Assembly: GCA_964596715.1 (NCBI GenBank) | Contig: CAZQVL010000014.1 | Span: forward strand, 3,571 to 67,570 | Length of the DNA: 64,000 nucleotides | Source of the DNA: an uncultured Rikenellaceae bacterium | GTDB taxonomy: Bacteria; Bacteroidota; Bacteroidia; Bacteroidales; VadinHA17 | Direction of reading: 5' to 3' | Shown: positions 1 to 10,025 of the stretch, in pieces | Position numbering within the stretch: the stretch's first letter is position 1 | Layout of the letters: each line of letters opens with the position of its first letter | Made by a program: the position numbers and the translations under genes | The notes under the pieces: model-generated | What the model was told of the DNA's origin: nothing | What the model saw: only the letters and a program-made list of their open reading frames with translations | Database searches by the model: none

Positions 1-1
1 A

Positions 2-622
2 GAAAACTCAGGCCTGTCTTTCAGGGGAACCAGCAATGTGTATTTTGCCATGAAACATGACCTCACTCCTATCGGGACACATCCTCATGAATGGTTTATG
101 TTTCATGCTTCACGTTATGGTTATCGCTCAGCCAATGTTCGTGCACTGGATGCCTGGGTAAAAGTGTACAAAGGAGATCTCGGCATTGCCTTAAGCGATA
201 CCTTTACATCAGATAACTTCTTTGAAAGCTTTTCGACATTACAGGCAAAACTGTTTGACGGGATAAGGCAGGATAGCGGTGATCCTTTGACTTTCACTGA
301 TAAAGCGGTGCAATTTTATAAAAGAAACAGGATTGATCCTGTAACAAAGACAATTGTCTTCAGTGATGCCCTCAATATGAACCGTGTACAGACAATCAAA
401 AGTTATGTTAACGGAAGAATACATGATGTGTACGGAATTGGCACATACCTGACCAATGATGTGGGAGTTAAGCCATTGAACATTGTTATTAAGCTTATGT
501 ATTCCAAACTTAAAAACAACGATAGTTACCACCCGGCAATTAAGCTATCAGATGATACAGGAAAATACACCGGTGATCCTGAAGAAATTGAGTTATGCAA
601 GACGATCTTAAATATCCTGTAG
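2..622 (+). CDS. pncB: nicotinate phosphoribosyltransferase, C-terminal part (5' end lies upstream of the window)
   Basis: The frame is open from the window edge into ORF 38..622. GTSNVYFAMKHDLTPIGTHPHEW and RQDSGDP blocks are typical of PncB. Confidence 0.85.
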   Translation, partial: ENSGLSFRGTSNVYFAMKHDLTPIGTHPHEWFMFHASRYGYRSANVRALDAWVKVYKGDLGIALSDTFTSDNFFESFSTLQAKLFDGIRQDSGDPLTFTDKAVQFYKRNRIDPVTKTIVFSDALNMNRVQTIKSYVNGRIHDVYGIGTYLTNDVGVKPLNIVIKLMYSKLKNNDSYHPAIKLSDDTGKYTGDPEEIELCKTILNIL

Positions 623-674
623 ACAATATAGATTATAACTATCAATTATTAATAATGATTTAAAACATTTTGCT

Positions 675-1697
675 ATGGCAAACTTAAAAACTAATTATAT
701 GGGACTGGATCTGAAGAATCCAGTAATTGTTGGAGCATGCAACCTTGTAACTAATCCTGACAGCCTTAAAAGAATAGAAGAAGAAGGTGCAGGTGCAATT
801 GTCTATAAGTCTCTTTTCGAAGAGCAGATACAGCTTGAAAACCTCGAGCTTTTTGAACGTAAAACAGAATACGAAGAGCGTAATGCTGAAATGATTACCC
901 TTTTTCCTGGCTCTAAATCAGAACCAGAGTTTCCTCTGGAACACTTAAGGAATTTGGAAAAGGCAAAAAAATCCGTTTCAATTCCGTTATTTGCCAGCCT
1001 TAATGCGGTTTATGACGAAACGTGGGTTGAATATGCCAGAAAAATTGAAGAGACCGGAGTTGATGGCCTGGAACTTAACTTTTACACTGTGCCTGAGAAA
1101 TTTGATGATAACAGTGAGGATATTGAAAAGAGGCAGGTTAATACATTAAAAGAAATTAAATCAGCTGTGCATATTCCTGTCGCCGTCAAACTCAGTCCCT
1201 ATTATACCAATCCATTACGATTGATATATGACATGGATAAAAGCGGTGCAAATAGTTTTGTGTTGTTCAACAGGCTCTTTCAGCCGGATATTGATATCCA
1301 TGCTGAAAAACATCACTTCCCATATAACCTTAGTAATGTGGAAGACCACAGGCTGCCTTTGCGGTTTGCAGGTTTGTTATATGGGAACATGAATGCCTCC
1401 ATTTGTGCAAATTCAGGAATATTCAGCGGTAATGATGTAGTCAAAATGATCCTTGCAGGAGCGGATTGTGTTCAGGTTGTCAGTACACTTTATTTGCACC
1501 AGATCAATGTGATCAGTTCTATTATCAGGAATATAGAAAAATGGATGGATTCCATGGGATACACTTCGATTAATGAGTTCAGGGGAAAGCTTTCCAGGAA
1601 AAACACAGAAAACAAACATCCATATTACCGTGCACAATACATTGATTTTAATTTAACTACAACAGAAATATTAAAAAAATACAAAATCATAAATTAA
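675..1697 (+). CDS. dihydroorotate dehydrogenase-like protein (class 1 DHOD/TIM-barrel family, substrate unknown)
   Basis: 340-aa ORF with an ATG start. The N-terminal block LKTNYMGLDLKNPVIVGA...GAGAIVYKSLFEEQI and the overall layout resemble DHOD-like flavoproteins. Paralog of 27194..28171. Confidence 0.75.
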   Translation: MANLKTNYMGLDLKNPVIVGACNLVTNPDSLKRIEEEGAGAIVYKSLFEEQIQLENLELFERKTEYEERNAEMITLFPGSKSEPEFPLEHLRNLEKAKKSVSIPLFASLNAVYDETWVEYARKIEETGVDGLELNFYTVPEKFDDNSEDIEKRQVNTLKEIKSAVHIPVAVKLSPYYTNPLRLIYDMDKSGANSFVLFNRLFQPDIDIHAEKHHFPYNLSNVEDHRLPLRFAGLLYGNMNASICANSGIFSGNDVVKMILAGADCVQVVSTLYLHQINVISSIIRNIEKWMDSMGYTSINEFRGKLSRKNTENKHPYYRAQYIDFNLTTTEILKKYKIIN

Positions 1698-1866
1698 GCC
1701 CTGGAATGAATTGAAGAGAAAACACATACTAAGATTGAAGCATTTAACAAAAAAATATTGTCACTTAAAGCTTACTCCGCTGTAATAATTTTGATTGAGG
1801 ATTGCGGATTATAATTAGTTATATCCGGTTTAATATTTTATACGGATATCTTCTATTTTAATACGT

Positions 1867-1874
1867 TAATTTTG
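1867..1874 (+). promoter_or_regulatory. candidate -7 promoter box TAatTTTG for the GH92 gene
   Basis: Exact TAnnTTTG 76 nt upstream of the GTG at 1950. Confidence 0.35.
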
Positions 1875-1949
1875 ATTTGACATAATAAGTGAAATTCTTA
1901 ACTTCATAATTCAGCAAGTCACTTATATGTAACCTTTAATAAATAGCAC

Positions 1950-4136
1950 GTGAAGAATTTAATCTTTATTTTATTGTTTATTCCCTGCCTGATCCAGGCA
2001 CAGTCACCTGTAAAATATGTTGATCCTCTTATAGGCACGGCTCCGGCTACTACTGTCAGTGTCAAAAGGCACAGCGAATCCGTATCGGAAGACAAAGGGC
2101 AAACGTTTCCTGCTGTGGGACGTCCTTTCGGGATGACACAATGGACTCCGGAAACACAAACAACAGAGACTAAATGTATCTCACCTTATTATTATAACAA
2201 TAAACATATCACCGGTTTCCGTGGCAGTCACTGGATGAGCGGTAGTTGCACACAGGATTACGGGAGTGTGACGCTCATGCCGTTTGTTTCCGTCCGACCC
2301 GATGCCTCAAATACACCCCCCGTATCGGAATTCAGTCATGCTAAAGAAATTTCTACTCCGTCATATTACAGCATTTTGCTTGAAGATTCAGGAGTCCGGG
2401 TTGAGCTGACAGGATCAGTCCGCTGCGGGATGATGCGTTTCAGCTTCCCCGATGAACTGATCAGTTGCGTATATATCAGAGTAAACAGTGATGAAAAACA
2501 GGGAAGATTATTGTTTGATGACAGGAGAAATGAGATTACAGGCTTCAATCCTGTTCACCGTATCTATCAGGGCTGGGGAGAAACTGCCGGCTTCAGCGGC
2601 TATTTTGTGATAAAGTTCGATCAACCTTTCCGGGTTATGCCAAATGCATCCGACCAGCAAACCATGGTCGTCAGTTTTGGAACGGAAAGAAATCTGCTTG
2701 TACGGATAGGTACCTCCTTCACCAGTCTGGATGCAGCAAGACAAAACCTCGATACTGAAATACCCGACTGGCATTTTGAAAAACTGCAGATGGAAACTGA
2801 AGAGATATGGAATCAGACACTTGGCAAGATCGTTGTCGAAGGAGGTTCAGAAGAAGATCTTATCAAATTCTACACGGCATTGTATCATTCTTATCAGTTG
2901 CCACGAATAATCAGCGATGTGGATGGCAGTTACCAGGGTTTTGGACAGGATACCTTAATACATAAAGCTGAAGGATTCGATTATTATGATGATTTTTCTA
3001 TGTGGGATACTTACCGTGCACTCCATCCACTATTAACTATCCTTGAACCCGAAAAAACTCTGGATATGATAAAATCGCTTGTCGCTAAAGCACAGCAGGG
3101 GGGCTGGATGCCTGTCTTTCCTGCCTGGAACAGTTATACGGCAGCTATGATCGGAGATCATGTAAGCACAATGATTTCAGATGCTTATGTAAAAGGAATC
3201 AATGATTTCGACGTTGAAACAGCATACCGGTATATGTCTCAGAATGCATTTGAAAACCCAGGACACGAAGAGTACATAGATGGAAAAGGCAGAAGAGCTT
3301 TGAAAAGCTACCTTCAGTATGGTTATATACCTCTCGAAGATTCTGTGTGGGATGCCTTTCACAAAAGGGAACAGGTTTCGAGGACACTGGAGTATGCATT
3401 CGACGATTATGCCCTTGCCCAGGTTGCAAAAGGACTCAAGAAAATAAAAGATTACGAAATACTCATAAAGCGGGCCGAGAACTACATTAACGTGTTTGAT
3501 ATAATCACCGGATTTGTCCGCGGAAGGTACGCTGACGGTACCTGGTATGAACCCTTCGATCCTTTTTCGAAGGCAAGTTTCATCTGCGAGGGCACTCCAT
3601 TTCAGTATACATGGTATGTGCCTCATGATATACCGGGACTCACCAGACTTATGGGTGGTAAGATCAAGTTCTTAAATAAGCTGAATGAGTTTTTTGATAA
3701 CGGACACTACTGGCACGGCAATGAAACAGATCAACAGGCTCCCTTTATGTTCTCTATGGCAGGTGACAGAGCTAAAACAGAGGAATGGACACGCAGGATA
3801 ATAAACGAGGAATATGGAACAGGACCCGGCGGTCTCAGCGGTAATGAAGATGCAGGACAAATGTCTGCCTGGCTGGTATTTGCAATGATGGGATTCTATC
3901 CGGTATGCCCTGGCTCGGGCCAGTATGTGATTACTACCCCTGCGTTTGATAAAATAACTATCAGATTATCTGATGGTAAGTACTTTACAATAAAAACTGT
4001 TAATCGGAATGATAAAAATTACTTCATCAATTCAGTTACCAGAAACGGTAAAAAGTACAGTAAGTTTTATCTCACTCACGAGGAAATTATGAAAGGCAGT
4101 GAGTTTGTTTTTATAATCGCAGGTATTGAACAATAA
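1950..4136 (+). CDS. GH92 family alpha-mannosidase, secreted
   Basis: 728 aa with a GTG start directly before the signal peptide MKNLIFILLFIPCLIQAQ. GLSGNEDAGQMSAWLVFAMMGFYPV matches the conserved GH92 block. Confidence 0.85.
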   Translation: MKNLIFILLFIPCLIQAQSPVKYVDPLIGTAPATTVSVKRHSESVSEDKGQTFPAVGRPFGMTQWTPETQTTETKCISPYYYNNKHITGFRGSHWMSGSCTQDYGSVTLMPFVSVRPDASNTPPVSEFSHAKEISTPSYYSILLEDSGVRVELTGSVRCGMMRFSFPDELISCVYIRVNSDEKQGRLLFDDRRNEITGFNPVHRIYQGWGETAGFSGYFVIKFDQPFRVMPNASDQQTMVVSFGTERNLLVRIGTSFTSLDAARQNLDTEIPDWHFEKLQMETEEIWNQTLGKIVVEGGSEEDLIKFYTALYHSYQLPRIISDVDGSYQGFGQDTLIHKAEGFDYYDDFSMWDTYRALHPLLTILEPEKTLDMIKSLVAKAQQGGWMPVFPAWNSYTAAMIGDHVSTMISDAYVKGINDFDVETAYRYMSQNAFENPGHEEYIDGKGRRALKSYLQYGYIPLEDSVWDAFHKREQVSRTLEYAFDDYALAQVAKGLKKIKDYEILIKRAENYINVFDIITGFVRGRYADGTWYEPFDPFSKASFICEGTPFQYTWYVPHDIPGLTRLMGGKIKFLNKLNEFFDNGHYWHGNETDQQAPFMFSMAGDRAKTEEWTRRIINEEYGTGPGGLSGNEDAGQMSAWLVFAMMGFYPVCPGSGQYVITTPAFDKITIRLSDGKYFTIKTVNRNDKNYFINSVTRNGKKYSKFYLTHEEIMKGSEFVFIIAGIEQ

Positions 4137-4192
4137 TCCTCTCTTCTCTTTAAAAACCAAATCCAAAATCAGATTCTTCCCCGACTCAACGA

Positions 4193-6598
4193 TCAGGCAA
4201 TAAACAGACTACCGAGCTGGTAAACAGTAAAAGAGAGAAGCCAGGCAACTCCTGTGGTATAAAAGACTGTGAAAGCAGCCCACTTCCAGCTTCCGGATTC
4301 ACGACTGATTGCAGAAATTGCTCCTATACAAGGAAAATAAGTAAGGATAAATAACATAAATGAAAAAGCTATCAGAGGAGAAAACATCTTTTTACCGGAA
4401 GGATATTCCTGATCCCTTAACTTTTGGACCAGGGAATTCTGCACAGAATATTCATCAGCCGAATATAAAATACCAAGGGTACTTACCACAACCTCTTTAG
4501 CTGCAAGACCTGAAATAATACTTACACTGAGTCGCCAGTCAAAACCCAGTGGGCGCATAACAGGTTCTATAGTATGCCCGATCATAGTTATAAATGATTC
4601 AGACTGTTTTACGTTATCCTGTCCCGATGATGCCGTTACTGCTTCCTGTTCATTATTACCTGAATAATCCAATCTTGCCGGGAAATTACTGAGGAACCAG
4701 ATAATAACAGAAGCAACAAGTATAACACCTCCTATTTTCTTAAGATATAATCCTGTTCTGAACCAGACATGTTTAATAATACTTCTGGGAGTTGGCACCC
4801 TGTATGGAGGAAGCTCCATTACAAACGGGATCTCCTCCAGTTTAAAGAAGATATGTTTAAGCAGTATAGCTGATAAAATTGCAAATATGATTCCCAGCAG
4901 GTACAGGAGAAAGAGTATCGAACCCTGGTTTTTAACAAAAAAGGCACTAATAAAAAGTATATATACCGGTAGTCTTGCGCTGCACGACATAAAAGGAGTT
5001 ATAAGCATTGTAATCATCCTGTCCCGTCTGCTCTCAATAATCCTTGTGGCAAGGATAGCGGGAACGTTACAACCGAAACCCATGAAAAGCGGGATGAATG
5101 ATTTACCGTGCAGCCCAAAGCTATGCATCACCTTATCCATGATAAATACGGCTCTTGCCATATAGCCTGTATCTTCCATTAATGAAATAAACAGGAAGAG
5201 TATTATGATATTTGGAAGAAAAACAAGGACTCCACCAACCCCTCCGATTATCCCGTCAATGAGAAAATCCCGGAAGATCCCTTCAGGTAATACTGCAGAT
5301 GTAATCGTTGCCAGCTTGCCGATACCAAGCTCGAGCCAGTGCTTTGGGTAGCTTCCTAGCTTGAAAGTCGTGAAGAAAGTTAACCACAAGAAACCAATAA
5401 ACAGAGGAATACCAAGGTACTTATTTGTAAGGTAATTATCGACAATCCTCGTCTTATTTAACCGTTCGACCTTATTAACCCTGAGAGTCTCCTGCAATGC
5501 ACCAGCTATAAAGCCATATCTTAAATCTGTAATCACTGTTTCTACAGGATCTAAAAACAGCTTGTCTAGCATCTCAACCTCATTTTTTGCTGATTCAATG
5601 ATTTCAGATGAGTTGACGCAGCGTGTAATACTTCTGGAAAATTCCCTGTCATTCTCAAGTAACGCGATGGTAAGGTAACGGGCTGAAACGATATTGGTGA
5701 ATGCTCTGTTCTCATCAATTTTTATTTTGGACTGAACCACACAAATAGAATTCTCAATTTCCGTCCCATAGTTTATATGTATATGGCGGACTGTCGGTTC
5801 GCGGTTCTCATAAACCTCAATAATAGTATCAAAGAGCTGCTTTATGCCTTTACCTCTGGAACTTACTGTGGGAACAACCGGTATACCCAAAAGACTGCCT
5901 AAAGCATTATAATCAAGCACATCTCCTTTTCTCTCAAGCTCATCATACATATTCAGAGCGATGACAATCTGCACACCCATATCAATCAGCTGGGTAGTGA
6001 GATAAAGGTTTCTTTCAAGATTTGATGCATCAACAATATTTACAATAACATCCGGCTTTTTGTCGAAAATGTAGTTTCTGAGGTAAATCTCTTCCGGTGA
6101 ATAACTTTTCAGTGAATATGTTCCGGGAAGATCAACAAGTGAGAAGGCATAACCAGACTGTTTGTATCTTGCTTGTTTAGAATCAACAGTTACACCCCCA
6201 TAGTTACCGACTTTTTCTTTTGAGCGGGAGGCATAATTAAATAAAGTTGTTTTTCCGGAGTTTGGATTTCCGACAAGTGCAACCTGTATATGCTTACTTT
6301 TTTCAACCCATGAAGGCAAATCATCCTCGCTGACCGATACTCCATTACCTGTCCGGAATTCTCTGGACTGACTGCCTTTTTCCACCACAATAAGCTGAGC
6401 CTCACTGTTTCGTAATGAAACATGATAACCCATTATTTTATATTCCACCGGGTCGCGCAGAGGAGCTTTTCTGACAACAGATACTTTTTTCCCGGTAATA
6501 AAACCCATCTCCATGAGACGTTGCCGGAACTGGCCTCTCCCTTTTATCTTCAGAATTATCCCTTCTTCTCCCTCATAAAGATCGTATAGTGTAGTCAT
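4193..6598 (-). CDS. feoB: ferrous iron transporter, FeoA-FeoB fusion
   Basis: 801 aa. N-terminal FeoA-like SH3 domain (ILKIKGRGQFRQRLMEMGFITGKKV), G-protein P-loop GNPNSGKTTLFN, then a polytopic membrane domain. Confidence 0.95.
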   Translation of the reverse strand: MTTLYDLYEGEEGIILKIKGRGQFRQRLMEMGFITGKKVSVVRKAPLRDPVEYKIMGYHVSLRNSEAQLIVVEKGSQSREFRTGNGVSVSEDDLPSWVEKSKHIQVALVGNPNSGKTTLFNYASRSKEKVGNYGGVTVDSKQARYKQSGYAFSLVDLPGTYSLKSYSPEEIYLRNYIFDKKPDVIVNIVDASNLERNLYLTTQLIDMGVQIVIALNMYDELERKGDVLDYNALGSLLGIPVVPTVSSRGKGIKQLFDTIIEVYENREPTVRHIHINYGTEIENSICVVQSKIKIDENRAFTNIVSARYLTIALLENDREFSRSITRCVNSSEIIESAKNEVEMLDKLFLDPVETVITDLRYGFIAGALQETLRVNKVERLNKTRIVDNYLTNKYLGIPLFIGFLWLTFFTTFKLGSYPKHWLELGIGKLATITSAVLPEGIFRDFLIDGIIGGVGGVLVFLPNIIILFLFISLMEDTGYMARAVFIMDKVMHSFGLHGKSFIPLFMGFGCNVPAILATRIIESRRDRMITMLITPFMSCSARLPVYILFISAFFVKNQGSILFLLYLLGIIFAILSAILLKHIFFKLEEIPFVMELPPYRVPTPRSIIKHVWFRTGLYLKKIGGVILVASVIIWFLSNFPARLDYSGNNEQEAVTASSGQDNVKQSESFITMIGHTIEPVMRPLGFDWRLSVSIISGLAAKEVVVSTLGILYSADEYSVQNSLVQKLRDQEYPSGKKMFSPLIAFSFMLFILTYFPCIGAISAISRESGSWKWAAFTVFYTTGVAWLLSFTVYQLGSLFIA

Positions 6599-6782
6599 CT
6601 GAGAAATACTAATTTCTATTTATAGATAATCAGCCAACTGACAGAATTTATAGTGGTTGCTTTAACAGAAGTGCCTGAAGTACCTAAAGTGACAACAGTT
6701 AAGAGCATAGTCTAATTGTTCCACGCTCTATATTTCAACATCTGGCAAACAGCATCCATCAATTGGCACCAGTTACCTTTTC

Positions 6783-7397
6783 TTAATCAACCTTTACCTT
6801 AACCACTATCTTCCTCACAGGAGAATTTTCCCCGTCTTTCAGTCCAGGGCGGTGAGCATCTATAGGAAAGAAAATGAAAAAATTATCGGGAGTTGCTTTA
6901 TAACTTTTCTCCTCTGTAACTGTAAAAAATTCAATGTCCCTGTCTGCATCATAAGGTTCAAGTATTTCTTTCTTTGAGGCTATAGGGGAAATGCCGATAA
7001 GTTCTTTCCCGCTTACAACATATTGAATGTCAATGTACTTCTGATGTGCCTCATACATCGCATCTTCCTCATTCTTAGTAATATATTCACTTACAGATAC
7101 ATACAGGTTGTCTCCGTCAATATCATAACGTCCTAATTCCAGTTTTGAAAGATCATTATCCTTCAGGAATGTAAAAGCTGCATTCCATCTGTCCATATTA
7201 TTGAAATAAGTTACGGCAAAGGTTTTTCTGTTAATGGTCAGATCAGGTTTAACCGACCAACCATTGAGATATTCTCCTTTTCCAAACCATTTATCTGTCT
7301 TTTTACTGCTCCAGCCGGAAGGATCTGTGTTTCCTCCGCATCCTACCAGCCCTGATAGAATTGATAATACCATGATTTTAATAAATAAACTTTTCAT
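6783..7397 (-). CDS. YhcH/YjgK/YiaL (DUF386) family lipoprotein
   Basis: 204 aa. Lipoprotein signal LSGLVGC. The YEAHQKYIDIQYVVSGKELIG...FFIFFPIDAHRP pattern is typical of the YhcH/EbgC-like cupin family. Confidence 0.7.
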   Translation of the reverse strand: MKSLFIKIMVLSILSGLVGCGGNTDPSGWSSKKTDKWFGKGEYLNGWSVKPDLTINRKTFAVTYFNNMDRWNAAFTFLKDNDLSKLELGRYDIDGDNLYVSVSEYITKNEEDAMYEAHQKYIDIQYVVSGKELIGISPIASKKEILEPYDADRDIEFFTVTEEKSYKATPDNFFIFFPIDAHRPGLKDGENSPVRKIVVKVKVD

Positions 7398-7505
7398 ATA
7401 TACATATAATAATTGTTATATCACTCCAGGTGATCTGGAATTTTTTACCCGCCGAAAAGTAATCAAAAATGAATTGATTTAAAACTCAATCCGATACTAA
7501 AATCT

Positions 7506-8333
7506 TCATTGTATTAAAAATGGCATTATTTTTTCATAACATTCACTCCAGAAAGTCTTCTCAAGTTTATCATCGATAAAAGGAAGCTCTCTCAACTTTT
7601 TTCTGCAGTTAATAACTACTCCGTTTCTGGTATTGTTTCCAAGCAACAAACAGGCAATAATCTCTGCAACCTTATCAGGATTACGCATGAACGGGGCGGC
7701 AATCTGATAAAGTAATCTGAACCAATGTTTTTGCATGCGGTAAATTCCGGATCTGAAGATTCCCGGATCAAAACTTATGCATTTCAGGTTATGTTCAGGA
7801 TACCTGGCCGGAAGATATCTGCACATGAGAGTGAGAAAAAATTTGGAATAAGAATAAGCCTTCATAGCAGTATATTCTGACTCCTCCTGCAGACTCATCA
7901 TATCGATCCTTGCTAGCCTGTAAACCTGTGATGTTACTGCCAGGATTTTGAGGCCGGATCTTTTCGCGGAACTATTTATAATAATTTCATTTATGAGAAG
8001 ATGTGAAAGAAAGTTAACCTGAAATGTATATTCGAAATTATCTTTTGTGGCAACATAACCTGGTGGGCCTAAAACAGCTGCATTATTAACAATAATATCA
8101 AAATTATATTGTGAACAGATGGCTCTTGCAGTTTCAGATACCTGTTTAAGGTCGCTGAAATCAACAATATATGATTTAAAGCTGTGAGCATATTCAGGAA
8201 TGTTAATCGACTGCCTTCCGGTTGTAACAATATTAAATCCTTTATTTAACAATAGTCTGACCAGTTCATAACCAAGTCCTGAGGTTCCACCCGTAACCAA
8301 TATTGTCTTACTTTCAGGGTACATATTATCCAT
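7506..8333 (-). CDS. SDR family NAD(P)-dependent oxidoreductase
   Basis: 275 aa with TGGTSGLGYE cofactor motif, NNAA motif and YSYSK (YxxxK) catalytic motif. Confidence 0.8.
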   Translation of the reverse strand: MDNMYPESKTILVTGGTSGLGYELVRLLLNKGFNIVTTGRQSINIPEYAHSFKSYIVDFSDLKQVSETARAICSQYNFDIIVNNAAVLGPPGYVATKDNFEYTFQVNFLSHLLINEIIINSSAKRSGLKILAVTSQVYRLARIDMMSLQEESEYTAMKAYSYSKFFLTLMCRYLPARYPEHNLKCISFDPGIFRSGIYRMQKHWFRLLYQIAAPFMRNPDKVAEIIACLLLGNNTRNGVVINCRKKLRELPFIDDKLEKTFWSECYEKIMPFLIQ

Positions 8334-8472
8334 AATTTTGAATCTGCTTACTGAGCCTGTATGTTAAATTTCTTTAAAAACTATGTAAGGTGCATTTTGC
8401 CAGCCGATTTTACTTGCACAGAGCTAAATTTCGACCTATATTTACTCTGCTACATTTAAAAATGATAAAATT

Positions 8473-9699
8473 ATGAAAAAGCACAATCTTGTCATCAGCT
8501 TAATAATTATTTTGCTGATTATTCTCAGTTCAACCGTTGCTTATACCCAGGACTGGCCGCAATTCAGGGGTATAGGGCGTGACAGTAAAGTGGATGGCTT
8601 TAAAGCGCCATCAACCTGGCCTGCTGAGCTTTCACGGCAGTGGCAGGTTTCGGTTGGTACAGGTGACGCAACGCCTGTACTCGTTAATGGCAGGATCTAT
8701 CTGCATACAAGACAGGGTAATGAAGAAGTGGTTTTATGTCTTGCTGCAACTACAGGAAAAGAGATATGGAGAACTTCCTACACCGCTCCGGCAGCTACAG
8801 GTCCTTCTTCATCTCATCCCGGTCCAAGAAGTACTCCTGCTCTTGCCAATGGTAAAATTGTTACTTTTGGCGTTTCAGGGATTCTTACGTGTTTCGATGC
8901 TGCTTCAGGCAAGGTATTATGGAATAAACCAAATCCAACAAATGCTGTACCTCAGTACTTTACAGGAATGTCTCCCCTGATTGTGGATAATATGTGTATT
9001 GCCCATGTAGGGACCAAAGATAAAGGTGAAGTTCTGGCCCTTGATCTGAATACAGGGAATGAAAAGTGGAAATGGACAGGCGATGGACCTGCATACGCTT
9101 CACCTTCAATAATGACTATGGATGGGAGAAAGCATATAATTGTACTAACAGAAAAAAACCTTATCAGTCTGGATCTTTCAAACGGCAACCTGCTATGGCA
9201 GATACCCACACCGCCTCAGCAAAGATTTTACATTTGCTCAAGCCCGTATATCAATGGAAATATTATCTATTATACCGGTCTGGGATCCGGGACAAGATCA
9301 ATTCAGGTTCAGAAACAGGGCGAAAAATACATAACAAGGGAATTGTGGAGTAATCCAAAGGTTGGAGCCAAATGGAATACACCAATTCTTAAGGATGGTT
9401 ATCTCTATGGCTTTAGTGACCAGAGACGAATCTATTGCCTCAATGCCTCGACAGGACAAACTGCATGGATAGATAACGCCGTCAATAGTGATTTCGCAAC
9501 AATAATCGACTGCGGCTCAGTAATTATAGGATTCCCCAGTACAGGAAACCTCATTGTTTTCAAACCAGAACCGAAATTATATAGTGAAGTGGCGAAATAT
9601 AAGGTTACTGATACTCCGGTATATGCCTTCCCAATTGTCTCCGGTAACCTTATTTATGTAAAGGATGCTGAATCACTAATATTATATAAGATTGATTAG
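8473..9699 (+). CDS. PQQ-like (BamB-like) beta-propeller repeat protein, secreted
   Basis: 408 aa with a signal peptide, a QDWPQFRG start to the mature region and repeated G..LW propeller blades. Confidence 0.75.
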   Translation: MKKHNLVISLIIILLIILSSTVAYTQDWPQFRGIGRDSKVDGFKAPSTWPAELSRQWQVSVGTGDATPVLVNGRIYLHTRQGNEEVVLCLAATTGKEIWRTSYTAPAATGPSSSHPGPRSTPALANGKIVTFGVSGILTCFDAASGKVLWNKPNPTNAVPQYFTGMSPLIVDNMCIAHVGTKDKGEVLALDLNTGNEKWKWTGDGPAYASPSIMTMDGRKHIIVLTEKNLISLDLSNGNLLWQIPTPPQQRFYICSSPYINGNIIYYTGLGSGTRSIQVQKQGEKYITRELWSNPKVGAKWNTPILKDGYLYGFSDQRRIYCLNASTGQTAWIDNAVNSDFATIIDCGSVIIGFPSTGNLIVFKPEPKLYSEVAKYKVTDTPVYAFPIVSGNLIYVKDAESLILYKID

Positions 9700-9868
9700 T
9701 CACTATGTTTTTTAGATAGAAAAAAATACAAGAAGGTTTGGTTGACTTAAGCTGCGATTATAAAGGATTTCAGTGTTGACCAGTTATCAGTAAATCTACT
9801 ACCTATCAACCGGTACTTTTGTATCCAGCTGCATAAATTCTAATCTCATATGTCTCCTTCCCCCTTTT

Positions 9869-9966
9869 CCGCTTCGCGGAATCTCCTCCCGATTCTCGGG
9901 ATTTCCTCCTTCCGGTCGTCAAGCTTCGCTCCGATCTCCCCCGACGTTCACTTTGTTCAGTCGGGG
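9869..9966. repeat. cluster of four short GC-rich hairpins (three with TTC/GAA triloops)
   Basis: ccgc-ttc-gcgg at 9869-9879; cccga-ttc-tcggg at 9888-9900; agc-ttc-gct at 9922-9930; ccccgac...gtcgggg at 9939-9966. On the minus strand two of them read GCGAAGC. Confidence 0.7.
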
Positions 9967-9983
9967 TTTCCGCTACGCTCCAA

Positions 9984-10025
9984 CTTTCACCTTTCACCTT
10001 TCTCCTTTCACCTTTCACCTTCCTC
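9984..10025. repeat. tandem heptanucleotide repeat, six units of CTTTCAC (minus strand GTGAAAG), overlapping the cdaA stop codon
   Basis: ctttcac ctttcac ctttctc ctttcac ctttcac cttcctc, read directly from the sequence. Confidence 0.9.

Noticed and set aside
6599-6660. A possible Fur-type operator (palindrome tctat-aa-ataga within gattatctataaatagaaatta) upstream of feoAB. I also noted a 7-bp inverted repeat, atatccg...cggatat, at 1821-1849 upstream of the GH92 gene.
   Set aside because: These are short AT-rich palindromes that are expected by chance in such DNA. I cannot align them convincingly to a Fur-box or other operator consensus by eye.
9900-9925. The minus-strand ccggaaggagg segment, which resembles the GGAA-tetraloop region of SRP (4.5S) RNA.
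   Set aside because: Only a few nucleotides match. The flanking conserved SRP domain IV sequence (GGUCAGGUCCGGAAGGAAGCAGCC) is absent.
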